DNA of 64,000 bases from Eledone cirrhosa. Taxonomy: Eukaryota. Positions 35,946-49,012 of this stretch are shown one piece after another (position 1 is the stretch's first letter; every line of letters begins with the position of its first letter). The notes under the pieces were generated by a model, which made no database searches, was not told the origin of the DNA, and worked only from the letters and a program-made list of their open reading frames with translations. The stretch covers positions 133,486,001 through 133,550,000 of the forward strand of contig OZ024741.1 of assembly GCA_964016885.1 (NCBI GenBank), in the 5' to 3' direction. A program made the position numbers and the translations under genes.

Positions 35946-36109
35946 GGATTTGGGTTCAAAACAAAGAGTCAAAATAAATACTGCTACACATTTGTCTAAC
36001 ACTCTAACGATTCTGCCAAAGCATTGATTTAAAAAAAAAATGACAATAATAATTTCTTTTATTCTTTTTTTATTAATAATAATTATGGGTGTTGGGTTAA
36101 TTGTTCATA

Positions 36110-36255
36110 ATGTTGTTATTTTGATTCCCACACTGAATAGCGCATTGTGTTCTTGAGCGGGGAACTCCATTTCACATTGAACTAGTCTCACTCACCTGAA
36201 AATGAGTACCACTAGCAGCCAGAGTGTGATGAGCAACATTTTATGTAGGCAGAAG
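36110..36255 (+). mobile_element. Decayed SINE 5'/core portion leading into the 58-bp array
   Basis: cattgtgttcttgagcggggaactccatttcacattg..ctcacctgaaaatgagtacc aligns by eye with the SINE at 43043. Confidence 0.55.
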
Positions 36256-38378
36256 TCTAGTACTCCCAGTTGCTTGATACCACATGATGGACAGCCTCTC
36301 ATATAGGTAGATGTCTAGTACTCTCAGTTGCTTGATACCACATGATGGACAGCCTCTCATATAGGTAGATGTCTAGTACTCCCAGTTGCTTGATACCACA
36401 TGATGGACAGCCTCTCATATAGGTAGATGTCTAGTACTCCCAGTTGCTTGATACCACATGATGGACAGCCTCTCATATAGGCAGATGTCTAGTACTCCCA
36501 GTTGCTTGATACCACATGATGGACAGCCTCTCATATAGGTAGATGTCTAGTACTCCCAGTTGCTTGATACCACATGATGGACAGCCTCTCATATAGGTAG
36601 ATGTCTAGTACTCCCAGTTGCTTGATACCACATGATGGACAGCCTCTCATATAGGTAGATGTCTAGTACTCCCAGTTGCTTGATACCACATGATGGACAG
36701 CCTCTCATATAGGTAGATGTCTAGTACTCCCAGTTGCTTGATACCACATGATGGACAGCCTCTCATATAGGTAGATGTCTAGTACTCTCAGTTGCTTGAT
36801 ACCACATGATGGACAGCCTCTCATATAGGTAGATGTCTAGTACTCCCAGTTGCTTGATACCACATGATGGACAGCCTCTCATATAGGTAGATGTCTAGTA
36901 CTCCCAGTTGCTTGATACCACATGATGGACAGCCTCTCATATAGGTAGATGTCTAGTACTCCCAGTTGCTTGATACCACATGATGGACAGCCTCTCATAT
37001 AGGTAGATGTCTAGTACTCCCAGTTGCTTGATACCACATGATGGACAGCCTCTCATATAGGTAGATGTCTAGTACTCCCAGTTGCTTGATACCACATGAT
37101 GGACAGCCTCTCATATAGGTAGATGTCTAGTACTCCCAGTTGCTTGATACCACATGATGGACAGCCTCTCATATAGGTAGATGTCTAGTACTCCCAGTTG
37201 CTTGATACCACATGATGGACAGCCTCTCATATAGGTAGATGTCTAGTACTCCCAGTTGCTTGATACCACATGATGGACAGCCTCTCATATAGGTAGATGT
37301 CTAGTACTCCCAGTTGCTTGATACCACATGATGGACAGCCTCTCATATAGGTAGATGTCTAGTACTCCCAGTTGCTTGATACCACATGATGGACAGCCTC
37401 TCATATAGGTAGATGTCTAGTACTCCCAGTTGCTTGATACCACATGATGGACAGCCTCTCATATAGGTAGATGTCTAGTACTCCCAGTTGCTTGATACCA
37501 CATGATGGACAGCCTCTCATATAGGTAGATGTCTAGTACTCCCAGTTGCTTGATACCACATGATGGACAGCCTCTCATATAGGTAGATGTCTAGTACTCC
37601 CAGTTGCTTGATACCACATGATGGACAGCCTCTCATATAGGTAGATGTCTAGTACTCCCAGTTGCTTGATACCACATGATGGACAGCCTCTCATATAGGT
37701 AGATGTCTAGTACTCCCAGTTGCTTGATACCACATGATGGACAGCCTCTCATATAGGTAGATGTCTAGTACTCCCAGTTGCTTGATACCACATGATGGAC
37801 AGCCTCTCATATAGGTAGATGTCTAGTACTCCCAGTTGCTTGATACCACATGATGGACAGCCTCTCATATAGGTAGATGTCTAGTACTCCCAGTTGCTTG
37901 ATACCACATGATGGACAGCCTCTCATATAGGTAGATGTCTAGTACTCTCAGTTGCTTGATACCACATGATGGACAGCCTCTCATATAGGTAGATGTCTAG
38001 TACTCCCACTTGCTTGATACCACATGATGGACAGCCTCTCATATAGGTAGATGTCTAGTACTCCCAGTTGCTTGATACCACATGATGGACAGCCTCTCAT
38101 ATAGGTAGATGTCTAGTACTCTCAGTTGCTTGATACCACATGATGGGCAGCCTCTCATATAGGCAGAAGTCTAGTACTCTCAGTTGCTTGATACCACATG
38201 ATGGACAGCCTCTCATATAGGTAGATGTCTAGTACTCCCAGTTGCTTAATGTCACAAGATAGATGGCATCTTGTGTGGGCAAAAGAAGTCTAGTACTTCC
38301 AATTACTTAATGCCACATGATAGATGGCCTCTCATGTAAGCAGAACTCTAGTACTTTTAGTTGCTTAAAGCCACATGA
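36256..38378. repeat. 58-bp tandem satellite, 34 near-identical copies plus degenerate edge copies
   Basis: Unit TCTAGTACTCCCAGTTGCTTGATACCACATGATGGACAGCCTCTCATATAGGTAGATG. Unit starts at 36256 and 38228 are exactly 34 x 58 apart. Confidence 0.97.
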
Positions 38379-38482
38379 AGTCAGAACAGGTTCCAGCCAT
38401 CATCCAACCTCTCAAGCATGGAAGAATGGACATAAAGATGAACATTTTTTTATCAATAAAAAAATAATGATAATAATAATGA

Positions 38483-38922
38483 AATGTTTCTCTCTATGAA
38501 TGAAAGGCCAGGTGTTTGATGCCTGCATGTGAAGTGTGAAGCTGCATGGTAGAGAGACATTGGCAGTGAATGAGAAGGATATGTGAAGGCTGGAGAAAAA
38601 TGAAATGAGCATTTTTCGATGGACGTGCATGAATGATGAAGCGTAGATAAACTGAGAGAAAAGCTTGGTTTAAGAGGAATCAGATGTAGTGCGCAGGAGA
38701 GGAGACTGTGCTGCTATGGACATGTGATGTGTATAGATGATGATCATTGGATGAAGTAGTGTCTAGAGATCCCAGTGGAAGAAAACTGCAGTAGAGGAAG
38801 ACCTTGTCAGTTGTGGTGAGAGCTTATCTCAGAGAGATGACAAAGGATTGCTATGAGTGGAAGGACACTACTGGAAAAGACCCATCTGATCTGTACAAGC
38901 ATGGACAAATGGATGATGATGA
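38483..38922 (+). mobile_element. Decayed RTE LINE 3' fragment
   Basis: Homologous to the MKGRLYDAC..LHGSETW..RRLRWYGHV region, with stops and a short (GAT)n tail. Confidence 0.75.
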
Positions 38923-39154
38923 ATGTCTACTAAGACAGGCAAAGAGCTACACATTTTAAGTGTGGGGTGGGGAGTGTAGTTGATTCAATCAGACCCAAGT
39001 ATGTGACAGGTACTTATTCTATTACTCTCAGAGGAATAGAAATCCAATGTGGTCCCATTAAGATTTTTATTCAAAATGTAAAGGGACATAATTAGATACT
39101 GCAAGTCATTTAGTGAGGCACTCTACTACTTCTGTTATTCCACTATTCGAGTAG

Positions 39155-39272
39155 TCATAGTAGTAGTGGTTGTAGTAGCAGTAGTAGTAATAGTCGTAGT
39201 AGTAGCAACAGCAGTAATTGTAGTAGTAGTAGCCAGCAGCTGCAGTAGTAGCAGAAATAGTAATAGTAGTAG
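39155..39272. repeat. (TAG)n/(CAG)n compound microsatellite
   Basis: Degenerate GTA/GCA triplet run. Confidence 0.8.
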
Positions 39273-40278
39273 TCCACTCAGTTGGTAAAAATGTGTTGTA
39301 CCTGTAATTCAAGGGGCGTCTTGTTACGCACTGTGATGTACTGCCTAGATCATAGAGCAAACTCAGTCTCAATTCTTTAAAATTCTCTCTCAGCCCATGT
39401 TTTTTTCCTAAGTCGATGACACTTGTTATTATTTCAAGAACATCAGTCGTAAAGATCTTACCAGTTTCTGAGGGCCTGTAAAAAACCCTTCAGTAAATTT
39501 TTATACTTTTACTCACCTCCGAAATGGGTATTATGGAGTTCTTGGAAGGAGGAGCCACAGAAAAGTAAATTTTGGGGGTGATATTCCTTCAAAACACATT
39601 AAAAAAACAACAGGAAAACGCACAAAAAATAGCTATTACACCTGTAACAGTATAAATTCCTCCAGACCAACGAAAGAACGGGTTCTTTTTTTTTTCATTT
39701 ATTTCTTAGGGGTTGTGCCGGCCTTCAAATACCCTCTGAAACCGGAGAATTTGATGGTGCTGATGTAAGTTGACTTCTGTAGGAAAGATGTGAACAGGGA
39801 GGGTATTCGAGCAGGATGACATCCTGGGTAGGAAAGATGAGTACAGTGGTTAGTATGGGCCTGTAGAATAGAGACAATGGGTGATGAGAAGAAACAAGCC
39901 GAGAGTGCCTGAGTGGAGGTGATAAGAACAGGAACAAGATGAGTGCCTGAGTGGAGGTGGTGTGAGGTGAAAAGAAAAAGGGAAGCTGAAAGTCAATGAG
40001 TGGAGTTAGTATAAGGTGATAAGAGGAAAAGAAACAAGTTGAAAGTTCTCGAGTGTAGATAACATGATGTAAGCCAGATCTGCGTAATCGATTTTATTAA
40101 GATCTGATGTTCTATTTTAGTTACTACTAGCAGAATGGCCCGGCGTTGCTAGGCATTCTAAACATAGATTGGCATGTTTATCCCTCCTTTTTGAAACAGT
40201 AGAGAGAAGTATGAAATACCTCGGCCTGGGGACGGTGTCTACATTTTGTGCTTATAAAAAAAATTTGTCGTAGATTAC

Positions 40279-42231
40279 TTTAGGGGATTCGTTCACTTCC
40301 CCAGTTTGGTTGTATGAACATCTCTTCTATAGGTTTTTTTGTAAGTGTATGCGCAAACAGTTCATGAAAGACATACCTCGATGATTATATATACATAAGC
40401 ATTTTAATCACTGAAAATAAACGAGACAGGTTACTACATCTGTTGCTCCTTGACTTCGTGTCAGATATTGTCATAAAGGGGATGCGTTGAAATGTATCGT
40501 TGACCGCATGGTGCATTATAGATGCGACAGGCAAACAAATACGTCTTTCTAGCATGAAAGTCAAGGTCGGAAGAAAAAGCCCTTAGCTAATGACGTCAGA
40601 ACTAAGGGCAGTTAATAGTCTGTTTTTAAAGCCAGACACCAGGTGGCGTCATCTTGCTACATGGCCTACCACCAGATTAAAAAAAAAAAATCGGTTCAAC
40701 GGACCATGTATGTAGGAAGATGTAACTAGCACAAAAGAAACAGGTGTGTGTGTGCAAAAGAGGAAGATGGGGGCGTATGTGGCTCAGGTGATCCTGTATT
40801 TTCTATTTGAACTATTTGAACTTTTAAAAATTGTATTTACATTTTTTGTAAATTGTATTTACATACCTCGATGATTAAAATGCTTATGTATATATAATCA
40901 TCGAGGTATGTCTTTCATGAACTGTTTGTTGCGCATGCACTTACAAAAGACATATAGAAGAGATGTTCATACAACCAAACTGGGGAAGTGAACGAATCCC
41001 CTAAATTGGTGACCCGTCAGCCGGTATTTCGTATGATTCGTTACGAGCAGAAATATTGAGAAGAAACAGTCGTTCTGCTGAAAGCAGATTTGGTTCATCG
41101 TTGGATGACGTGTGTTTAGGCAACAGAACACCGTCTGAATTTTTGAGACACATTAGGGACCTCAGTGACTCGACCGACGAAGATAGCCCATTCATAAAAA
41201 AACTATTTTCTCTCGCCTGCCAAACAACGTCCAAATTATCTTGTCAAACATTGTGGATACCAGCTCTTTGGAGCAGATTGATGCCTCCGCTGATCGGATC
41301 GTAGAATTTTCTCGAAAGGCTACCGTTCTGGACTCGTGTGTTGCTTCACTTCCGAACCAGCCCGTCTCGACGCACGAGGAATCCATGTTAAAGGCTATTG
41401 ATGCTTTGACACAGCTAGTCGCTCGTTTATGCAAGGAGAATAGGCCATATTCCCGGCGGCCTAGGAGTCGTTCGCGACTCCACGTCGGCATACTACTTCG
41501 CCTGCCAGCAATCCATTATTTTGCTGGTATCATGCCACCTTCGCGGATAAGGCAAAACATTGCCGGCCTCCATGTAAATATTCAGCTTCGAGAAATGCAG
41601 ATCAGAGTCACTAAAGGCGGCAAGTAAACTCTGCGAGACACGACAGAACCGCCATTTCTTCATAGAGGACCTCCTATCTGGAAGAGCCTTCCTCGTAGAC
41701 ACAGTGCTTCGTGCAGTATTTGGCCTGTTAATTGTATGACAGTAACTCCTCCTGAGTTATCAATTGAATTGCAAGCTGTCAACCAGCCACCGATCCGAAC
41801 TTTTGGACAGATCTCGCTTCCTCTTCAGTTTCGAAATCACGTCGAGTCACCAATTTAGGGGATTCGTTCACTTCTCCAGTTTGGTTGTATGAACATCTCT
41901 TCTATAGGTTTTTTTGTATGCGCAACAAACAGTTCATGAAAAACATACCTCGATGATTATATATACATAAGCATTTTAATCACTGAACTAGACGAGACAG
42001 GTTACTACATCTGTTGCTCCTTGACTTCGTGTCAGATATTGTCATAAAGGGGATGCGTTGAAATGTATCGTTGACCGCATGGTGCATTATAGATGCGACA
42101 GGCAAACAAATACGTCTTCCTAGCATGAAAGTCAATGTCGGAAGAAAAAGCCCTTAGCTAATGACGTCATAACTAAGGAAGTTAATAGTCTGTTTTTAAA
42201 GCCAGACACCAGGTGGCGTCATCTTGCTACT
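40279..42231 (-). mobile_element. Gypsy-type LTR retrotransposon, internally deleted and rearranged
   Basis: Direct LTRs at 40279-40661 and 41854-42231. 4-bp TSD TTAC at 40275-40278 and 42232-42235. tRNA-Trp-like PBS at 41836-41852. Purine-rich PPT-like sequence next to 40661 on the minus strand. Confidence 0.85.
41040..41825 (+). pseudogene. Gypsy gag-protease remnant, inverted relative to the flanking LTRs
   Basis: LGNRTPSEFLRHIRDL (gag), CWYHATFADKAKHCRPPC (zinc knuckle, ~41522-41575), FLVDT..SCSIWP (aspartic protease, ~41689-41726). Multiple frameshifts. Confidence 0.8.
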
Positions 42232-43042
42232 TTACCATGGGTTTAACTTAATTGGGTGCCTGAGAATAAAATGTTCAACCCACGAAAGCCAAGACGATAG
42301 GATTAAGTAAAAAGGCATTTGACAAACCGAACATGTATTTGTTGTGCTATGGTACAATGAAAGCAATAGTTACAGAGCAGTAAGCACGTGGGACTGCAGT
42401 GGTGGAGAGCATGAAGGAATTTAGTTGGATACTTTTAAGGTTACAGGCCCTAACGCAACCAAAAATGCTAAACAATGCTGTCCACGGGCAAAAATTTGAA
42501 ATCTTTTTCAGTCAAGAAAATTTGTGAAACATAAGTAATGCATATGCAAAGTTTTTAAAAAATCGGTTGGGTACTTCTCGAGTTACAAGCCCTAACGCAA
42601 CCAAAATGATTTTAAAAATCGATTTTTCGCCTAATGAGGTCCCTGGGTCAAAAAATGAGAAAATCTCTTTTGCTCAAAACACTTTAAACGACATAAGTAA
42701 TGCAAATTTTGAAGAAATCGTCTGGATTATAGTTTCGTTATGCCTCAAAAAAGCCTTTAAAGCCTAAAATATGCGGTTTTTCGCCTAATGCTGTCCCCAG
42801 GGCATTGAAAATTAGAAATATTTTTTGCTCAAAACGCTCACACGACCATAAGTATTACATGTGTAAAGTTTGAAAAAAATCGGTTGGGTGGTCCTCGAGT
42901 TTTAGGGAGTCAGACAGATAGACATTCTATGTTTTAGATATATAAATAAGAGCAAAGATAGCTGAGATGTTGGAAACTCCCAGATCATCACGGATCCAGC
43001 AGTGAGCATCGCATTTTTTAAAGCATAGCAGTGTACCCCTGT

Positions 43043-43312
43043 GGAGGCGCGTGGCCTAGTGGTAAGTGTGTTGGACTTACGATCATAATGTCGTGGGTTC
43101 AGTTCCTGGACTGAGTTGTGTATTGCGTTCTTGAGGAAAGCATCCCATTTCACGTTGTTCCAGTATACTCAGCTGTAAACAAGTACCAACAATAGCTTGG
43201 GGTTTAACCGTGCGATAGACTGGCGTCCTCTCTAAGGGGGGAAACTTGTACTCTCAGTCACTTCATGCTATGGAAACCGAGATAAGCACCAGCCTGATGA
43301 ACTAAGGGTGGA
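43043..43312 (+). mobile_element. tRNA-derived SINE, second family
   Basis: A box TGGCCTAGTGG, B box GGTTCAGTTCC, core, then tgcgatagactggcgtcc..tactctcagtcacttcatgctatggaaaccg. Confidence 0.8.
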
Positions 43313-43772
43313 AAGGAACCCTAAATACCACTAAACATTTTATCTGATCATCTAATAATCCTGCCAATTCATTACCAGGGTCATTTAGCTGTGACTTCCA
43401 GCAGGTCAAGAGATGGCATCAGTGTCTCCCTCGTTGGTTTGTTTACTCTCGTGATCTCTGATTGAGGAGGCTTATGATGAAAGGCATTCCAGCCGTGACA
43501 ATCTTATCTTTTTGTCCACTGTATTCTTTTCTATTGAAGACGGCATGTATGATTTGAGGGAGAAAGATTCGGCTGTTATTCTTAACTATGGTCTCGACAA
43601 GAAACTTACTTTGCTTCCATAAAAATAAATAAATAAATAAATAAATAAGTTGTGCAAGGGAGGTGACTCTGATATTTAATTTACTTTTTTTGTGTTTTCC
43701 TTAGCTCTTTTATATTAGAAAATAGATTTTGTCCTTCCAGTTTCGGATTTAATAGAAAATATATAAAAAGAA

Positions 43773-43832
43773 ATGGCTGACCAAGAAGTCAATGTTGAAG
43801 ACATTCCCAGCACCCAACATGGTAAAATGAAG
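43773..43832 (+). CDS. SARNP: SARNP/CIP29/Tho1 coding exon 1
   Basis: ATG at 43773 in AAATGG context, MADQEVNVEDIPSTQHGKMK, GTAAGT donor. Phase 0 joins the SAP exon (KMK|VAELRKEL). Confidence 0.82.
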
Positions 43833-46128
43833 GTAAGTTCCATAGTTGGTTTGGTATTGATGATGTTAGTCTCGTGTGTCTCTGTCTTTTAGTTCTATTG
43901 GTGCATTTGTATTTAGCTTTGGTTGTTGTTTTGTCACTGGCTTCTGTTGTCGGCGTGAGTCGTGTGTACTCTTAGTAGTGTGGTGGAGGGAAAAGTATGA
44001 AAAAAAAGCCGCTACAAAAAGAAACAACAAAATAAAAAAAATATATATATACATTTCATTCCCAGAAATAGATGGTAAATAATTGCTAGTGTCACAATTA
44101 AAAATAGCCTAAAAGATAGCGGGGGACATTAATTTGAATTCGCGCTCAGTATGCAAAGTCAACGAAACGGAATATAATAGCTAATTTTCGGACAAACATA
44201 CTATATACAATAATACCATGGTAATTATTAATTGCTTCGTTATTTTAATGAGTTTTTATTAACCCCCCCCCCCCCCCCCCCCCCTGCCTTCATTTACACA
44301 AAAGTTCTTTTTGCTGGCTAGTCGATAATGACGACTAAATTTATTATTAATTTTAACCACATGTACAGCTCAAACTATAATAACAATCACACAAACGGGT
44401 TTTGAATTAAAAAAATGAAAATATTTCCGGTTCACGGAATTGATTTCACTTCTTCCCCTCACATACACTCATCTATCTATCCGAGCCGACTCAAACGAAG
44501 CCTAAATCTAACCTTAACTAACCCCAATTCTAACCATAGCGTGTTATACAAAATGAATCCTGTGAATCGGACGAAATATTTTTGCCTTATTTCGAGATCT
44601 ATTGTAAGGGACTCCATAATCTTTGTTAGTGTGTGTCCCTCCGACGATTGTAACTTCACAAAAGCACTATCATCAGCTAACGCGGTCGCTCGACTTGCTA
44701 AAGATAACAGCTAAATTCTCTTAAATTATACACTAGCGCCTTATTTCATTATCTTTCATCCATGACAATATGTTCTCGCGTTGTCAATACCGGTTAATAA
44801 TAATAATCACTTAACGTCCCTTTTTACTGTGCGCAAATTCTGGACGGGTTGTCGCAGACCAAGTCAGTACTTTCATCGGAACAACTGGCTTCTCAGACGA
44901 GCCGGAGGACGCATCACACGTTCTCATAGTTTACAGGATGCACCAGGTGCATTTTATCGTAACGCCAGCACTAGATATATGTCCTAAATTTGATTACTAT
45001 TATGAATTATCCTACCATGTAAATAATGTGTATCTTAACCGGCCCACATGGTTTATTTTAAGGAAATTTTAGAACTGCACAAATCTTTGAAGCAAATGCC
45101 AGGATCCAGTGTTTGATATTCTCTGAATCTGAGAAGCATTTTATGAGTGTTTAAGTCATTTACTCTGTTAGAGCATATAGTATTTGACATAAAATGTAAA
45201 CTTATTACACAAAAATTAGATTTAGAACTATGCAAGCAGAGGCTGCCTACATGTTAAAACAATGACTGCTGGCCCAGCTTTGGATGTTGTGGTCTAATTT
45301 AGTAGGTTATCGTTTGACATTAACCAACACGATACTGTAGTGGTCTAATTTAGTAGGTTATCGCTTGATACTAACCAACTTGTTTTTAGATACTTATTGC
45401 TAAATCCTTACCTGGTGTTAAGAGCTAGATGTTGTTTAGAATATTTGTATAGTAGCTACACTGCATCAGATAGTCAAAGTTTGTATTCTAAGAGGAAGGC
45501 AATCCCTGTAACTTTTACAATCTCTCCCAGATTGAAGAAATTGATGCAGTTGATGACCAGTTTTAACATCTTTCAGTCAGTGGCTAAGGGTTCTTCTGTA
45601 TGGAAGTGATAAGCAACTAGCTAGATCAAAGAAACTGTTGAAGTAGTGATAGAAGCAGAGAAGAAATACTGAAGCTGTAGCATATTGGTGACTGAGTCTT
45701 TGAGATTCAGGTGATTGACATTCTTTTGACTAGCCTCAGATCAACACTGAACAAGCAGACCCTTGATGAAACATATATCATTAGCCATCTGGTCTTTTTA
45801 GGCATACTTTGACTACATTATATAATATGGCCTTTATTTTTTTTTCTATAGAGGTTTGGCTGCTATTTCTAACAGGTCAAGTGATCACATAGAGGCTCTT
45901 TAATCAGCTTGCTAAAAATGCTGCCTAAATATGTGTGTGTGTTTAGTAGTAGTAGGTTACTTATCATGTTGTATGATATCATTGTTCTTTCGTCATCTCC
46001 TCTCAGCTTCAATAATTTGAGATCAGCTCTCACCACTGCTCTGTCAAGCTGTTCGTAATAGTAACATAAAACTTAAAGGGTTGTTATATATCAGTATTTC
46101 CTTCAATTTTTCCATTTATTTTTCTTAG

Positions 46129-46231
46129 GTTGCAGAATTACGGAAAGAGTTAAAGGAACGTGGCTTGTCTGCCTTAGGTTCAAAAGCTGAACTCTTAAAT
46201 CGCCTAGAAAAAGCTCTCAATCCTGAAGCAG
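46129..46231 (+). CDS. SARNP: SARNP exon 2, SAP domain
   Basis: TTCTTAG acceptor, VAELRKELKERGLSALGSKAELLNRLEKAL (canonical SAP motif), GTGGGT donor, phase 1. Confidence 0.93.
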
Positions 46232-46384
46232 GTGGGTAAAAATATGAGATTAACCCTTTCATTACCATATTCGTAACAAGATGTCTTCTTTCCTACTTAG
46301 TAAAACTTTGGTTTTTGCTAAGTTTACTCTGAGCCCCCTTTGATTCTTTTTCCACAGCCAGAATTTCTTTTCTATTTTTTTTTG

Positions 46385-46720
46385 ATAGATTCAGCTATAA
46401 AAATCAGATCATCAACACAGAAGTTCCCATTGACAGCCAGTCTTAAACTCCTCTGTTATGGCCTGGAGAAATATAATAGACAAAAGTGGACTGTGGACTG
46501 AGCCTTGATGGATTCCTACCTGTACATTGAATCCCTCACTAAACTTATTTCCTACTCTAACTTTACTGACAACTCCTGTTTGTGACTTGCACTGCTCTCA
46601 CAAGCCATTCATCTACACTTAGTTTCCTTAAGATCCACCAGATTACAGATCGTGGTACTCTGTCAAAGGCCTTCTCTAGATAAACAAAAGCTAAATACAG
46701 TAGCTTACACTTAGCTATCA
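46385..46720 (-). mobile_element. RTE RT fragment
   Basis: LYLAFVYLEKAFDRVPRSVIWWILRKL, followed by QGS and DD regions on the minus strand. Confidence 0.75.
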
Positions 46721-46910
46721 CTTCTTTTGTAGTTGTCTCACTAGGAAGAGGGCATCTGCAGTACTCTTCCATTATAAATCCTACTTTGTTGGAAATTGAG
46801 GTATATTCTGGTTCTAAAGAAGAATGTGAGTTTTTACTGTGTTGAGATATAACCTGTGATAGGGAGGCCTATCTTTTGAAGTGATCATCAGAGTTAGAGT
46901 TCATGTTTAA

Positions 46911-47125
46911 CACTTTCATTGCCATATTTCTAATGAAAGGCATGCCTATGATTTTCAGATCATTTTGAAATTAATGAAGAATTTAGTAATATAACAAGGT
47001 GGTGTTTGGAACGTCACTTAAAAGTCCCTACATAAAATTCCATATGATGGAAGGTTTGTAGATAAATATACACATTTTAAAACAATTTTGTATCATAGAA
47101 CCAGGGCAATTTGGCATCAAAAGGG
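46911..47125 (+). mobile_element. piggyBac-like MITE
   Basis: TTAA at 46907-46910 and 47126-47129. Termini CACTTT...AAAGGG. Confidence 0.65.
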
Positions 47126-47291
47126 TTAAGGGGGAATAAGATACAATCAGTGATGTTTTGCTGTTGATGAGATAAGATTGGTACAACTTCATTGGATAAT
47201 GTTTTCCATATCTTGATCGAGTCAATGCAGATTTAATATGAATATTTCCATCTGTGCTAATTGTAATGTTTGTTTTATGTTTGTTATCCAG

Positions 47292-47329
47292 ATATCCAAG
47301 ATGTACCTGATGGCACTGCCATTGATGAG
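47292..47329 (+). CDS. SARNP: SARNP exon 3
   Basis: ATCCAG acceptor, 38 nt, phase 1 to 0, (D)IQDVPDGTAIDE, GTAAAT donor. Restores the frame between exons 2 and 4. Confidence 0.78.
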
Positions 47330-47389
47330 GTAAATATAGATATTTTCCTTTAACTTATTCATACCAACCAACTTAAGTCCACCTATGAT

Positions 47390-47618
47390 TCTTCTTCTTC
47401 ATTGCCCACTTATTCCTGTGAGGGTCATGGGTGCAGTGTTCTCAAGCATGCCTTCCAGCAGATCCTTTTAGAAGCAACCGACTCCGATTGATCTAGCTGG
47501 ATCTCCAAGCAAGATCAGCCGAGCTCATGACTGTTATCCAACCATCTTGCTCTGGGTCTCCTGCTGGTTGGTTTTGCCCATAAAATCTGCCCTGCAATTT
47601 TTCTTGAGACATTCTAAC
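47390..47618 (-). mobile_element. RTE-type (Expander/Rex3-like) 3' fragment with (AAG)n tail
   Basis: Minus strand resembles 35800-35945 (..AKPTSRRPRARWLDNSHEL). (TTC)n at ~47389-47400. Confidence 0.55.
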
Positions 47619-48911
47619 TTATGATTAAAAAAAAAGTTAAAGTTTGTCCCAAATCTAGAGGGTCCTCAGGCTGATGTTTATCTCAGTTTCATTGACATTA
47701 TGTGGTTGAAAGGCCAAGACTTCTCCCTTGACATGATGCTTCTCCATTGCAGGATTAACTCCCACCTATTGCTAGTACTCATTTTTATTTGGGTGAGCTG
47801 GAAAAATATGAAATGAAATGTTCTACTCAGACCCACTGCACTGGATACCCATTCTTTTATTTTAACACCAACACACCACAAAGTTGGAGGATACATATTC
47901 TATTGATGTCTTCATGATACTCTGGATGCCTTTTCTTTATCACATCTTAACACTGACACAACAGCACAAAATTGGAGGATACATATCCTATTGCACTTTT
48001 GTCTTCTCGGTTTTATTGATCTCTTTGTTGGTCTGTTTCTCATTATTGATCTTGCTATCCTCCTCTCTATCACAATATGGAACTTGCCTCCCTATCTTTC
48101 ATCTTGCCATTCATTTATCACCATTTCTTCCTTGTTTTTAGTTTCTCTTCCTCTCTCTCTTCATATATCCATAGTTCATCCTCTCTCTCTCTTTCTCTCT
48201 CTCAGTACATCTGCAAATACGTCTCTCTCTCAATACACCCATAGCTGCCCCTCCCTCTTTCTACATCTACAACTCCCTCTCACTCTCTTAACACCTACAT
48301 CTCTTTCTCGATATACCCACAGCTCCCCCTCTCTCCCTCACTCAACACACCTACAACTCCCCCCTCTCTCTCTTAACAGAGAGCTGTGTATAGCTTAAGT
48401 AGTAGGATTCTCAGGCTACCATATGAATGGTTGATGCTTCACATTCTATCATTTCCACTTTGTTGTGTTATGGCCAAGTTAGCTTTCCTCCCTCAACAAA
48501 ATATTTTGTTGACCTGCATGCAGTATTGATTTCAATTCTTGCTGACATCAAAAATTACTTGTAATAGTCCAATGTCCTTTCCAATATGGAAGACTTCTGC
48601 TTATATGGAATATTTCTTATCCATTTAATGCTATGGATACTAAAATTCAACACTGATCTGAGATGGATCATCCGAGTTAGAAATGGTTTCGCTAGCTCTT
48701 CTTTCTCTTTTGCTCGTAATAATCTGTTACTCTCTCTCTTTCCATCTTCCCTTCTATTCTTCACTCTCCATATTTTTTACCACCCTCACCTCCCATCACT
48801 ATATCTGCCTCAACATTTTTATCACGGAATCAGCTGTCCTCTTGTTTTTAACTACTCACTCACACTTATCTTCTATTTTCTTCCTCTCTTTTTCTACATT
48901 CCAATTTACAG

Positions 48912-49012
48912 CTAACTGGTGAAGAAGAGATGGATAATGTCAGTGACTCGGATGCTACTGATGCCACAGAGACTAAAGTGGTCATAAGGGAAACTGCTGC
49001 CAGTATGACAAT
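48912..49012 (+). CDS. SARNP: SARNP exon 4 (acidic linker)
   Basis: TTACAG acceptor, LTGEEEMDNVSDSDATDATETKVVIRETAASMT, GTAAGT donor, phase 0 to 2. Confidence 0.78.

Larger units (their letters stand above)
40126..42950. mobile_element. Non-autonomous Helentron/HINE (DINE-1-like) element, interrupted by the LTR element
   Basis: One end ACTAGCAGAATGGCCCGGCGTTGC. Internal repeats of aagtt..aaaaatcggttggg..cgagtt..gccctaacgcaaccaaaa. Other end cagacagatagacatt..tatata. Architecture is recalled from HINEs. Confidence 0.55.

Noticed and set aside
36256-38247. CRISPR-like or ribozyme (retrozyme) array
   Set aside because: Head-to-tail identical units with no unique spacers, no cas genes and a eukaryotic context. 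No CTGATGA/GAAA hammerhead core on either strand.
39455-39645. Minus-strand splice-like signals suggesting a gene divergent from SARNP
   Set aside because: The implied intron is only 41 nt and the candidate frames contain stops. It cannot be supported without transcript data.
43270-43312. Possible hammerhead ribozyme (GAAAC ... CTGATGA)
   Set aside because: The core words are present, but I could not form stems I-III or a properly placed cleavage triplet.
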